In this document: in pieces, positions 49,519-57,892 of the stretch
Numbering within the stretch: position 1 is the stretch's first letter
How the letters are laid out: each line of letters opens with the position of its first letter
Assembly (NCBI GenBank): GCA_039679975.1
Contig: JBDKTZ010000135.1
Location: forward strand, 9,394-73,393
From: Prolixibacteraceae bacterium
Lineage (GTDB): Bacteria > Bacteroidota > Bacteroidia > Bacteroidales > Prolixibacteraceae
Reading direction: 5' to 3'
DNA: 64,000 nt
Notes under the pieces: model-generated
The model's input: the letters and a program-made list of their open reading frames with translations, nothing else
Database searches by the model: none
Told to the model about the DNA's origin: nothing
Made by a program: the position numbers and the translations under genes

Positions 49519-50820
49519 ATGAATATGCAACGCCGAAAAAAGAAAAAGAACAAACTGTTACCTTACCTGATCGTTTCGTTTGTCGTCATCATTATCCTTT
49601 TAGTGATTGGTAAATCAAAAGGGTGGTTTGGAAAAGACTTTGAATTGAATGTCACTGTCGAAAAAGTCAAAAGCCATACAATCACCGAGATGATTACTGC
49701 CAACGGAAAAATCGAACCTGAAACGGAAGTGAAGATCAGTCCGGATGTTTCGGGCGAAATTATTAATCTCCAGGTGAAAGAAGGAGATGAAGTAGCCAAC
49801 GGCCAATTGCTGATGATCATCAAACCGGATATCTATATCCAGGCAGTGAACCGTGCCAAAGCGTCCTTGAATTCATCCAAAGCCCGTCTGTCACAGGCGC
49901 AAGCCCGCCTCATTGAGAATAAGTTATCGTTCGATCGGTCCAAAACGCTTTTTGATCAGACAGCCATCGCGCAGTCCGATTTTGAAGCTGCCGAAGCCTC
50001 TTTTAAGGTAGCCCAGGCCGAAGTAGCCGCTGCCGAATTTGCCGTTAAATCAGATGAAGCGTCGGTTGCCGAGGCAGAAGAACAACTGATCAAAACCAAG
50101 ATTTACGCTCCGATGAGCGGTATCGTTTCGCGATTGAATGTTGAACAGGGAGAACGTGTGGTGGGTACGAACATGTATGCGGGAACAGAAATGATGGTCA
50201 TTGCCAATCTCGACAAAATGGAAGTGAAAGTGGAAGTTAATGAAAACGATATTGTAAAGGTTTCTCCAGGTGATACGGCCCTGGTTGAGGTGGATGCTTA
50301 TCTGAACCGCAAATTCAAAAGTCTGGTCACCGAAATCGCCAATTCGGCCAATACCATTGGTACATCAACCGATCAGGTAACTACCTTCAACGTCAAAGTA
50401 CTGCTGCTGAAATCGTCTTATCAGGATCTGATCGACAGTACCCAAAACCGCTTCCCGTTCCGTCCGGGAATGTCGGCCACCGTCGATATCCAAACCGAAA
50501 CGCGCGACAGCGTCATCTCTGTGCCGATCCAGGCTGTAACCACCCGCGTGATCAACGAAAATCTGAAGGACACAACCGGTATCAAAGGAAAGGCAGACGA
50601 ACAGGAAAAGCAGGAAGTGGTATTTATTGTAAAAAATAACCGCGCATGGAAGCAACCTGTAAAGACCGGTATTCAGGACAACATGAATATCGAGATCCTG
50701 CAAGGGCTGAAGGAAGGCGATGAAGTAATTACCGGCCCGTTCAATCTGGTAAGCAAAACACTGAAAGACAGCACGCTGGTGAAAGTTGTAGATGAAAAGG
50801 AATTATATAAAGCAAAATAA
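49519..50820 (+). CDS. efflux transporter periplasmic adaptor (HlyD/MFP family), no adjacent pump
   Basis: N-terminal basic stretch plus TM helix, lipoyl-like motifs (ISPDVSGEI, IYAPMSGIV), and a long coiled-coil hairpin. Confidence 0.8.
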   Translation: MNMQRRKKKKNKLLPYLIVSFVVIIILLVIGKSKGWFGKDFELNVTVEKVKSHTITEMITANGKIEPETEVKISPDVSGEIINLQVKEGDEVANGQLLMIIKPDIYIQAVNRAKASLNSSKARLSQAQARLIENKLSFDRSKTLFDQTAIAQSDFEAAEASFKVAQAEVAAAEFAVKSDEASVAEAEEQLIKTKIYAPMSGIVSRLNVEQGERVVGTNMYAGTEMMVIANLDKMEVKVEVNENDIVKVSPGDTALVEVDAYLNRKFKSLVTEIANSANTIGTSTDQVTTFNVKVLLLKSSYQDLIDSTQNRFPFRPGMSATVDIQTETRDSVISVPIQAVTTRVINENLKDTTGIKGKADEQEKQEVVFIVKNNRAWKQPVKTGIQDNMNIEILQGLKEGDEVITGPFNLVSKTLKDSTLVKVVDEKELYKAK

Positions 50821-50826
50821 ACTAAG

Positions 50827-50855
50827 CGGGAAAACTGTCAGTTCCGGTTTTCCCG
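50827..50855. terminator. hairpin in convergent spacer (putative bidirectional terminator)
   Basis: CGGGAAAAC (50827-50835) / GTTTTCCCG (50847-50855) 9-bp stem. The downstream T-run is weak. Confidence 0.5.
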
Positions 50856-50861
50856 GATCTT

Positions 50862-52013
50862 TTACTGAGGCCGTTTAAATTCTTTCCAGAAGTTTTCCAC
50901 GTAAGGGCCGTCTTCGAAATAATCCCTCCCGGATATTTCAGCTGGTTGTCGCTGCATTTCCAACGCATTAGCTTTTCTTCGGTACGTAATTGTTTCGTCC
51001 TGAAGGTTTGTATAGGTTTTATCGCAATCCAGGTAGTTCACTGCGTATTTACCTTCCTTATTTTTATAAATTGCTGTAAAATGATAGCTGACCTGTTGTT
51101 GTCCTTTATCATCGGTAAAGAGTGAACGGTTCTGACTGCTGTTTCTTGAGGCTCCAATCATACATTCATTTCGAATAATCGCATAATCACTCTTCAGAAT
51201 ATAGATTTTACCATCCATCCGGGTGGCATAGTAATCGCCGCTGTGAGCCAGATCAGGCTTACTGTTTTTATATGAAATGATCCATACCGAATCCCCGTTG
51301 TAACGACTCATGCCTTCCAGGTTCAGATCATAATCGTTCAGTAATTCTTCGTTGAGTATCGTGTTCGATAAGCGAACCAGATCCATCTCCAGCAATTCGT
51401 CCAAACCTGTCTGTGCAGCGCTGAACGATGTTGATTCAACGTTTTTTTTCACCTGGGTAAACCGATAATGCCGGTTCTGGTATGCATCTGTTACGGAAGG
51501 ACTGTCATAACCTGTTTTATCGTACAACTCCACGATTGCTTCACGGTTTAAAATACTGCTGTCATTCACCTGCTTATCCTCCTGGTAATGGAATTTTATT
51601 CCAACCGGTCCATCCTGGTAATTTTGGGGAACCTTTTGAATGGCAGTCCTGATAATACGAAACAGAACCCGCGACCGGGCTTCCACGTCTATCCCTTCAA
51701 TGCTGTACGTTTGTTCGGCAAGAGGGATCCTCACAAACTCCTGTCCGAACAAGTCGTTCAGGAGCAAAGTGACATTCTGGTAACCAACTGCCGAAACAAA
51801 CAACTTACCACCAAAAAACTCTTCCGGAATCTTGAGCTCAAAAAACCCGTCTGCATCGCTGGCAGTACCGTAAAAAGTACCTTCAACACCGATATTTGTA
51901 TACCCGATCCCCTGCTGCGTGGAGGCATCGACAATGCGTCCCTTCAGGTTTTTTGGCTGGGCTAAAACAAAAACCGGCAACAGCAATAAAAGAAAAAATA
52001 TGACCTTCTTCAT
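50862..52013 (-). CDS. CarboxypepD_reg-like domain protein, secreted
   Basis: Signal peptide. LKGRIVDASTQQGIGYTNIGVEGTFYGTASDADGFFEL is the typical CarboxypepD_reg fold signature. Confidence 0.6.
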   Translation of the reverse strand: MKKVIFFLLLLLPVFVLAQPKNLKGRIVDASTQQGIGYTNIGVEGTFYGTASDADGFFELKIPEEFFGGKLFVSAVGYQNVTLLLNDLFGQEFVRIPLAEQTYSIEGIDVEARSRVLFRIIRTAIQKVPQNYQDGPVGIKFHYQEDKQVNDSSILNREAIVELYDKTGYDSPSVTDAYQNRHYRFTQVKKNVESTSFSAAQTGLDELLEMDLVRLSNTILNEELLNDYDLNLEGMSRYNGDSVWIISYKNSKPDLAHSGDYYATRMDGKIYILKSDYAIIRNECMIGASRNSSQNRSLFTDDKGQQQVSYHFTAIYKNKEGKYAVNYLDCDKTYTNLQDETITYRRKANALEMQRQPAEISGRDYFEDGPYVENFWKEFKRPQ

Positions 52014-52194
52014 GTTTTTCACTTTTTAAGGTAAAAGTTTTTCCCTACATTAGTTCCCCATTCTTAAAACGACAGGGGACGCAAAAAATTATGAACAAAA
52101 TAACATATCCCTTTCAGAAACGTTATTACTAGCAAATGCCTAACTTAAAAAAATAATTGGAAAATTACAGCGATTTAAATTTAAAAAAATACAT

Positions 52195-52851
52195 ATGCAA
52201 ACGAGCCGATTAATTATTATGACCATCATATGTGCACTAAGCTTCTCTTCATGTGTGTTAAAGAAAAAATTCGTCGAAATGGAGTCCTCAAAATTGAGAG
52301 CAGAAGAACGGGTGCGCGAATTAACCAGTGAGAATGAAGCCCAGGCAAGCCGGATTGAAGAAATGATCGCCGAATTTGAGAAAATGAAACAGGAACTTTT
52401 GGGAAGCAATGCTCAGAAAGATGAGATGATCGGCAAACTGAACGGACAAATCAACCTGCTGAACTCAAATGTGAAGGAGAAAGACGCGACCATAGAAGAA
52501 AAACTATACGCCTTTGAATATGAAAAACGGCGTACGGCAGAAGAACTGGAGATAAGCAAGAATGCGCAGACTTCCCTCCAGAACAAAAATACCAGCCTGG
52601 CGCAGGAACTCAGCGCAACGAAAAATGAACTTGCTGAGCTGCGCTTTAACCAGCAACGTCAAAACGATGACGCGAAAAGGGTTAATGAACAGATCAGATT
52701 AAAAGATCAAAAATTTGATGAACAGAGCGCAGTGTTGCTTAAGCTTCAGGAGGAAACCGACAAATTGAAGGCACAGATCAAGGAGAAGGATCAAATCATC
52801 GAACGGCTGACCAATAACGTCAATCTTCTGAAAAAGGAATTAAGTAAATAA
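52195..52851 (+). CDS. coiled-coil lipoprotein of unknown function
   Basis: Lipobox LSFSSC followed by ~190 aa of heptad-rich Glu/Lys/Gln sequence. Confidence 0.55.
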   Translation: MQTSRLIIMTIICALSFSSCVLKKKFVEMESSKLRAEERVRELTSENEAQASRIEEMIAEFEKMKQELLGSNAQKDEMIGKLNGQINLLNSNVKEKDATIEEKLYAFEYEKRRTAEELEISKNAQTSLQNKNTSLAQELSATKNELAELRFNQQRQNDDAKRVNEQIRLKDQKFDEQSAVLLKLQEETDKLKAQIKEKDQIIERLTNNVNLLKKELSK

Positions 52852-52925
52852 CAAAACTTCAGTACCGAGATCATTTGATTCTCCCCTCCGTCATCAGTAC
52901 AAAGATGCAGCCAGTCCGTGTTTTA

Positions 52926-54260
52926 TTAATGGATCTCCGGTAAACTGATCCCCTTAATTTTCCGGTAAAGATCAAGTGCATAGAGATCGGTCATTCCGGA
53001 AACAAAATCGATGACCGACTGGATTTTTCCATACATTCCCTGCTCATCTGCTTTGTATTGTTCGGGCATTAGCGACAATAAACGGCGTGAAAATCCGGCT
53101 TTAGGTGAAAGAACTGCTCCTATAAATTCATCAAGCAGGGTTCCCAGTATCTTAAAACCAGTCATTTCGATCTCGACGACCGTACGGTCATTATAGATCC
53201 TGTCAACCGACAAAAGATCGATTTCTCCCATTGCCACCTGCGAAAGACTGGTGATATCTTTTATTAAGGGGCGCTGAAAAACTCCTCCCATTATGGCCTC
53301 TTCCTCTTCTGCAAATACTTCAATACATTCATGTACCAGTTTATTGATCACTCCGGCGCGAAGAAACGAGATTCGTTCATTGGGATCAGTGACCATCCTG
53401 AATACCTTGCCGATCTTATCAAGTGCATCCTTATCCTCAACCGGATCATAAAAATTAAGGAATAGCCGGGAAGTTGTTTCATAATCGATGATCTTCAGTT
53501 TATGGGCATCTTCCAGATCCATGATCCGGTAACAAATGTCATCGGCTGCCTCTACCAGGAAGACCAACGGATGTCTTACAAACATAAGCGGCTTATCGTG
53601 CACCTGTAAAAGATCCAGCGTCTTTGCTATTTTAGAAAAAAGCTGCTTCTCGGATTGAAAAAATCCAAATTTCGATTTATCAACGCCGTACGATTCATAG
53701 GGGTACTTCACGATGGAAGCCAGGGTGGTATAGGTTAGCGCGAACCCTCCTTCCCGCCGTCCGCGGAATTGATGACTTAACAGCCTGAGTGCATTGGCAT
53801 TCCCGTCAAAAAAAATAAAATCAGTCCATTCTTCCGGCTTTAACAGCACCTCTAGGCTTCTCCCGTTGCCTGTTTTAAAAAAGGTTGATATGGCCTCTTC
53901 ACCTGCATGCCCAAAAGGCGGATTACCCATGTCATGCGCCAGGCAACCCGCCGAAACGACAGCGCCCAACTCACTGATCAAAGGGTTCCGCACTCCCTTT
54001 TCGGTCAACCTTTCAGAGAGGATGTTTCCCAGCGACCGTCCCACGCTGGCCACCTCCAAACTGTGTGTCAACCGGTTATGGACAAAAATACTCCCGGGGA
54101 GCGGAAACACCTGGGTCTTGTTCTGCATCCGTCTGAACGGAGATGAAAAGATGATCCGGTCGTAATCACGCTGAAACTGAGTACGGTTAAATAATTCAAT
54201 CTCGGTCACGGCAGAACCGGCTCCTAACCGTCGCGTTGATATTAATTGATTCCAATTCAT
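52926..54260 (-). CDS. dgt: dGTP triphosphohydrolase-like HD-domain protein
   Basis: NRLTHSLEV and HDMGNPPFGH motifs. Start set at the ATG at 54260. Confidence 0.85.
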   Translation of the reverse strand: MNWNQLISTRRLGAGSAVTEIELFNRTQFQRDYDRIIFSSPFRRMQNKTQVFPLPGSIFVHNRLTHSLEVASVGRSLGNILSERLTEKGVRNPLISELGAVVSAGCLAHDMGNPPFGHAGEEAISTFFKTGNGRSLEVLLKPEEWTDFIFFDGNANALRLLSHQFRGRREGGFALTYTTLASIVKYPYESYGVDKSKFGFFQSEKQLFSKIAKTLDLLQVHDKPLMFVRHPLVFLVEAADDICYRIMDLEDAHKLKIIDYETTSRLFLNFYDPVEDKDALDKIGKVFRMVTDPNERISFLRAGVINKLVHECIEVFAEEEEAIMGGVFQRPLIKDITSLSQVAMGEIDLLSVDRIYNDRTVVEIEMTGFKILGTLLDEFIGAVLSPKAGFSRRLLSLMPEQYKADEQGMYGKIQSVIDFVSGMTDLYALDLYRKIKGISLPEIH

Positions 54261-54349
54261 CTTAGTTGCATTATCTGGTATTTCTAAAATCAAACGATCG
54301 TGTCTTTTAGTTGGTTCATTTCATTAGTCGTTTCGTCTTCGACAGATGT

Positions 54350-54462
54350 TTCTTTCGCTCGACAATGTCCAGACAAGTCTGGCATTGTTCTCGCTCAATC
54401 GAAACATTCTCACGCTCGGCAAATCCCAAATAAATTTGGATTTGCTCTCACTCAATCGAAAC
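54350..54462. repeat. two tandem ~57-nt units, each with a bulged hairpin and conserved flanks
   Basis: Unit 1 is 54350-54405 and unit 2 is 54407-54462. Shared flanks are TTCTnnCGCTCG and CTCAATCGAAAC. The hairpins are CAATG-T-CCAGAC-AA-GTCTGG-CATTG and CAAAT-C-CCAAAT-AA-ATTTGG-ATTTG. Confidence 0.8.
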
Positions 54463-54464
54463 GT

Positions 54465-55181
54465 TCAGAAAATATCCACATGATACTTTTTAAGCTCTCT
54501 GTCCAGTTTTCCGGCTCCCGGACAGAACTGCTCCAGCAGATGCCAGAACTGCGGCCCGTGATTCTTTTCCCGGATATGAGCCAGTTCATGATATAATACG
54601 TAATCAATCAGCCGGTCAGGCAATCGCATCAAATGAAGGTTCAAATTGATATTATTTACAGAAGAGCAACTTCCCCAACGACTTTTCACATGTTTTACAT
54701 ACACGTTTTCAACCCGCAGATCACAAATTTTGGCTAACTCGCTTAACCTTCGCGGCAAATAGATCCTGGCTTCCTGCCGCATTATCTGAACGATCACGCG
54801 TCTTATAAACTGCTGAATTGCAGGATTTTGATAATCATACTTCTGCGGAATATTAAGCTGTACCATCCCGTTTCCGACCATTGCTGAAACTTTCGAATGT
54901 TCAACCCGTATGATTTTAAACAAATGAAACTTTGTTTTAAAACAGGTCTCCGAAGTGAAAATAGTTAAACCAGCTTTTATATCTTGTTGTTGTTTTAGTA
55001 TCCAATCCGATTTGGATTTTACAAAATCGAGTGCTTTTTGTTCAGAACCAAAAGAGGGCATGGAAATCTGAACCTTACCATCAGGGCTTACCCTAAGGCG
55101 GATTCGGTGTGAACGGCTGTTTTTTTTGATCAGGACGAGTCCTACAGGTTCAACTTGATAATATTTATCGGTAGTCGTCAT
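54465..55181 (-). CDS. YgjP-like (DUF45 / M48-type) zinc metallopeptidase
   Basis: HELAHIREKNHGPQFW zinc motif. Start set at the ATG at 55181. Confidence 0.8.
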   Translation of the reverse strand: MTTTDKYYQVEPVGLVLIKKNSRSHRIRLRVSPDGKVQISMPSFGSEQKALDFVKSKSDWILKQQQDIKAGLTIFTSETCFKTKFHLFKIIRVEHSKVSAMVGNGMVQLNIPQKYDYQNPAIQQFIRRVIVQIMRQEARIYLPRRLSELAKICDLRVENVYVKHVKSRWGSCSSVNNINLNLHLMRLPDRLIDYVLYHELAHIREKNHGPQFWHLLEQFCPGAGKLDRELKKYHVDIF

Positions 55182-55218
55182 CGTTGACGAAGATAACGAA
55201 TCTAATAAAACTAAAGAT

Positions 55219-55923
55219 ATGGAACCGCAAAATGCAATCGAGGTATTTGGTAGCATTACCAAATACGAAACAGTGCTTAGCATCACCGACAAAGTATTAC
55301 CAGGCTCATTGGTTTTTGAGGCCATCGCTCCTTTTCCTGGTTATTATCATGAAGCGCCCAATACCATCAAGCCGGTATATATGTACCTTGTTCTCCAACA
55401 GCAGTATCCGCTCATTGATATGATCCGGGCCACGAAAGAAGTGGAAAAAGGATTTGATGAAAGTTTTGATGCCGGCAAAGGATTTTTAAGAATGCATAAC
55501 GAAACATACAATGTTTTGCGCGTTCGCCATCTGAAAAGGTACGATCTGATCGGAAAGTTGCAGCAAAATTATCAGGAACAAGGTATCTGTTTCCTGCAAA
55601 AGACCATGAGAGGTTTCGAAGAAACCGTTCAGATCAGGGTAGTGAAATTTTTCAATCTCCAGCCCATCGACAATGGAATTTACCTGGATACCAGAGAAGA
55701 CTTTCATGCCTATCTGGAAATTCCCAGGTCCTATGAGTGGGAAGACTTTAACTGCCTGACCAATAAAGTAAAGTACAACTGGGAGGAAAGCAATTTTGAT
55801 GCGGCCATGGGCGCATTTCATTATCAGGGCCAGTTGCATGAGTTTGTGAGGATCTATTCCAACAAGCTCAGTTTGGTTTATCTGCAACAGTTACGAAAAC
55901 TTTATCTTCAGAAGATCAAATGA
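55219..55923 (+). CDS. hypothetical cytoplasmic protein
   Basis: 234-aa ORF with a good ATG. No signal peptide and no recognisable motif. Confidence 0.5.
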   Translation: MEPQNAIEVFGSITKYETVLSITDKVLPGSLVFEAIAPFPGYYHEAPNTIKPVYMYLVLQQQYPLIDMIRATKEVEKGFDESFDAGKGFLRMHNETYNVLRVRHLKRYDLIGKLQQNYQEQGICFLQKTMRGFEETVQIRVVKFFNLQPIDNGIYLDTREDFHAYLEIPRSYEWEDFNCLTNKVKYNWEESNFDAAMGAFHYQGQLHEFVRIYSNKLSLVYLQQLRKLYLQKIK

Positions 55924-55925
55924 TG

Positions 55926-55965
55926 AAAAAGGATGACGGTTTTCTGTAAACGGTCATCCTTTTTC
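55926..55965. terminator. bidirectional intrinsic terminator between the hypothetical gene and gltX
   Basis: AAAAA-GGATGAC...GTCATCC-TTTTT (stems 55931-55937 / 55953-55959). Confidence 0.7.
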
Positions 55966-55967
55966 AA

Positions 55968-57509
55968 TTACTGCAATTGCGGTAAGCCATTTATCCGGGC
56001 AACAGCCCTCTCTATACGGCGTATCGTTTCTTCTTTTCCGATGAGTTCAAAAATGACAAACAGGTCGATACCCTGACTGCTGCCTACCAACGCCAGACGG
56101 ATCGGGACCATGACCATGCCGAAATTCCACTCTCGGGCATTCATGAATACTGAAAAGGCTTCTTTCACCGATTCAGCATCCCATTGTTCCAAATCTTTAA
56201 AGAATTCAGCAACGGCAAGTAATTTACCGGATGTATCTTCCTTCCACTTTTTAATGATTGTCTTTTCATCATAACATTCAGGAGCCTCAAAAAAATAAAA
56301 TCCGTGCTCCCAAAGCTCCGAAGGAAACGTACAGCGATCTTTGATCAATCCGACAATCCGGTTCAGCCTGACATCATCAGTAACTATATTTTTAGCGGCC
56401 AACTGTTTTTTAAACAGTTCGGCCAATTGCTGATCATCTTTCTGGTGTAAGTAATGCCGGTTGAACCATTTTGCTTTTTCAGGATCAAAACGGGCACCCG
56501 ATTTCACGACCCGGTCAAGACTAAAGCTATCAATCAACTCTCCGATTGTAAATAATTCCTGTTCTGTCCCGGCATTCCATCCAAGTAAAGCCAGCATATT
56601 GATAAACGCTTCAGGGAAATACCCGTCTTCCCTGTATCCTCTTGAAATCTCACCGGAATCCGGATCCTTCCACTGCAATGGGAAAACGGGGAAACCCATT
56701 TTATCGCCATCACGTTTACTTAGTTTCCCTTTCCCTGCTGGTTTCAGGATCAGTGGCAAATGGGCAAATTGCGGGCGGTTCCCGCTCCAGCCCAATGCCT
56801 CATACAGCAGGATATGCAACGGCATGGACGATAACCATTCCTCCCCACGAATCACATGCGTGATTTGCATCAGGTGATCATCAACCACATTAGCCATGTG
56901 ATAAGTCGGCATACCATCGGCCTTGAACAGGACTTTGTCATCGAGCTGAGCGGTATTGAATTTAACCTCACCCCTGATTAAATCATGCTCAATCACATCG
57001 GTCTGTTCCGGCATTTTGAACCGGATCACCCAAGGTCGGCCATCTGCAATTTTCTTCTTCACTACTTCATCAGGTAAGGTCAGTGAATTCTGTAATCTTG
57101 ACCGGGTATGGGTATCATATGAAAAAACAGTTTGACTTTTTTCGGCCTCGCCCCGCAAGGCATCAAGTTCTTCAGGCGTATCGAAAGCATAATAAGCATT
57201 CCCGCTTTCTATTAACCGATCCACATAATCCTTGTAAATCGCTTTGCGTTCACTTTGGCGGTAGGGGCCGAAATCACCTCCAAAACCGACGCCCTCATCA
57301 GGGATCAGTCCGCACCACTTTAGCGACTCAATAATATAGTCTTCCGCACCTGGTACATACCTGGTCTGGTCGGTATCCTCTATTCTCAACAAAAACTCAC
57401 CCCCTTGCTTTCTGGCAAAAAGATAATTAAACAAGGCCGTCCTGACACCACCCATATGAAGAGGACCTGTCGGACTTGGGGCAAACCGTACCCTCACTTT
57501 TTGTTCCAT
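55968..57509 (-). CDS. gltX: glutamate--tRNA ligase
   Basis: RFAPSPTGPLHMGG (HIGH-type) and KLSKR (KMSKS-type) motifs. ATG at 57509. Confidence 0.92.
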   Translation of the reverse strand: MEQKVRVRFAPSPTGPLHMGGVRTALFNYLFARKQGGEFLLRIEDTDQTRYVPGAEDYIIESLKWCGLIPDEGVGFGGDFGPYRQSERKAIYKDYVDRLIESGNAYYAFDTPEELDALRGEAEKSQTVFSYDTHTRSRLQNSLTLPDEVVKKKIADGRPWVIRFKMPEQTDVIEHDLIRGEVKFNTAQLDDKVLFKADGMPTYHMANVVDDHLMQITHVIRGEEWLSSMPLHILLYEALGWSGNRPQFAHLPLILKPAGKGKLSKRDGDKMGFPVFPLQWKDPDSGEISRGYREDGYFPEAFINMLALLGWNAGTEQELFTIGELIDSFSLDRVVKSGARFDPEKAKWFNRHYLHQKDDQQLAELFKKQLAAKNIVTDDVRLNRIVGLIKDRCTFPSELWEHGFYFFEAPECYDEKTIIKKWKEDTSGKLLAVAEFFKDLEQWDAESVKEAFSVFMNAREWNFGMVMVPIRLALVGSSQGIDLFVIFELIGKEETIRRIERAVARINGLPQLQ

Positions 57510-57819
57510 TTTTGTTTTTTTGCAATTCGTTGCCAAAGATAGGGAATTTTAGAGCCTTCAAAAAAAGAATTGAAAAAAGGAGTTCTTCATTTGTACTTTA
57601 TATCTGACTAGCCATCAGAACATTAAATCACATAGTTTATTTTCCGTTGCTTTTTTAGAAAATTACCAGTAATGAAAAGCCACTTTCGTCAACAAATAAA
57701 CCATATGAAACGAGCATGTTGCGCTGCAACGCCCGAGTTTATGATAATAGTTTTCGGCAATAGGGAGTTCCATACGGCAATTAAAAAACAAATTATTAAC
57801 GTATGAATTATTACTCATT

Positions 57820-57852
57820 TTTGTTGCTGAAATACAGATAAATGTATCTTTG
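57820..57852 (+). promoter_or_regulatory. Bacteroidota promoter: -33 TTTG and -7 TATCTTTG upstream of the S46 peptidase gene
   Basis: TTTG at 57820-57823, a 21-nt spacer, then TATCTTTG at 57845-57852. The ATG is at 57893. Confidence 0.55.
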
Positions 57853-57892
57853 CAACTTTTTAAGACACTAATTAAGAAACAAGAAATAAGGA

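Noticed and set aside
54300-54596. 98-aa plus-strand ORF whose translation shows a repeated peptide (ARQCPDKSGIVLAQSK / ARQIPNKFGFALTQSK).
   Set aside because: The peptide repeat is just the translation of the tandem 57-nt DNA units. The ORF begins at a non-ATG (GTG) start codon, has no RBS context, and its 3' part is antisense to the YgjP-like gene. The differences between the units are compensatory at the nucleotide-pairing level, not conservative at the protein level.
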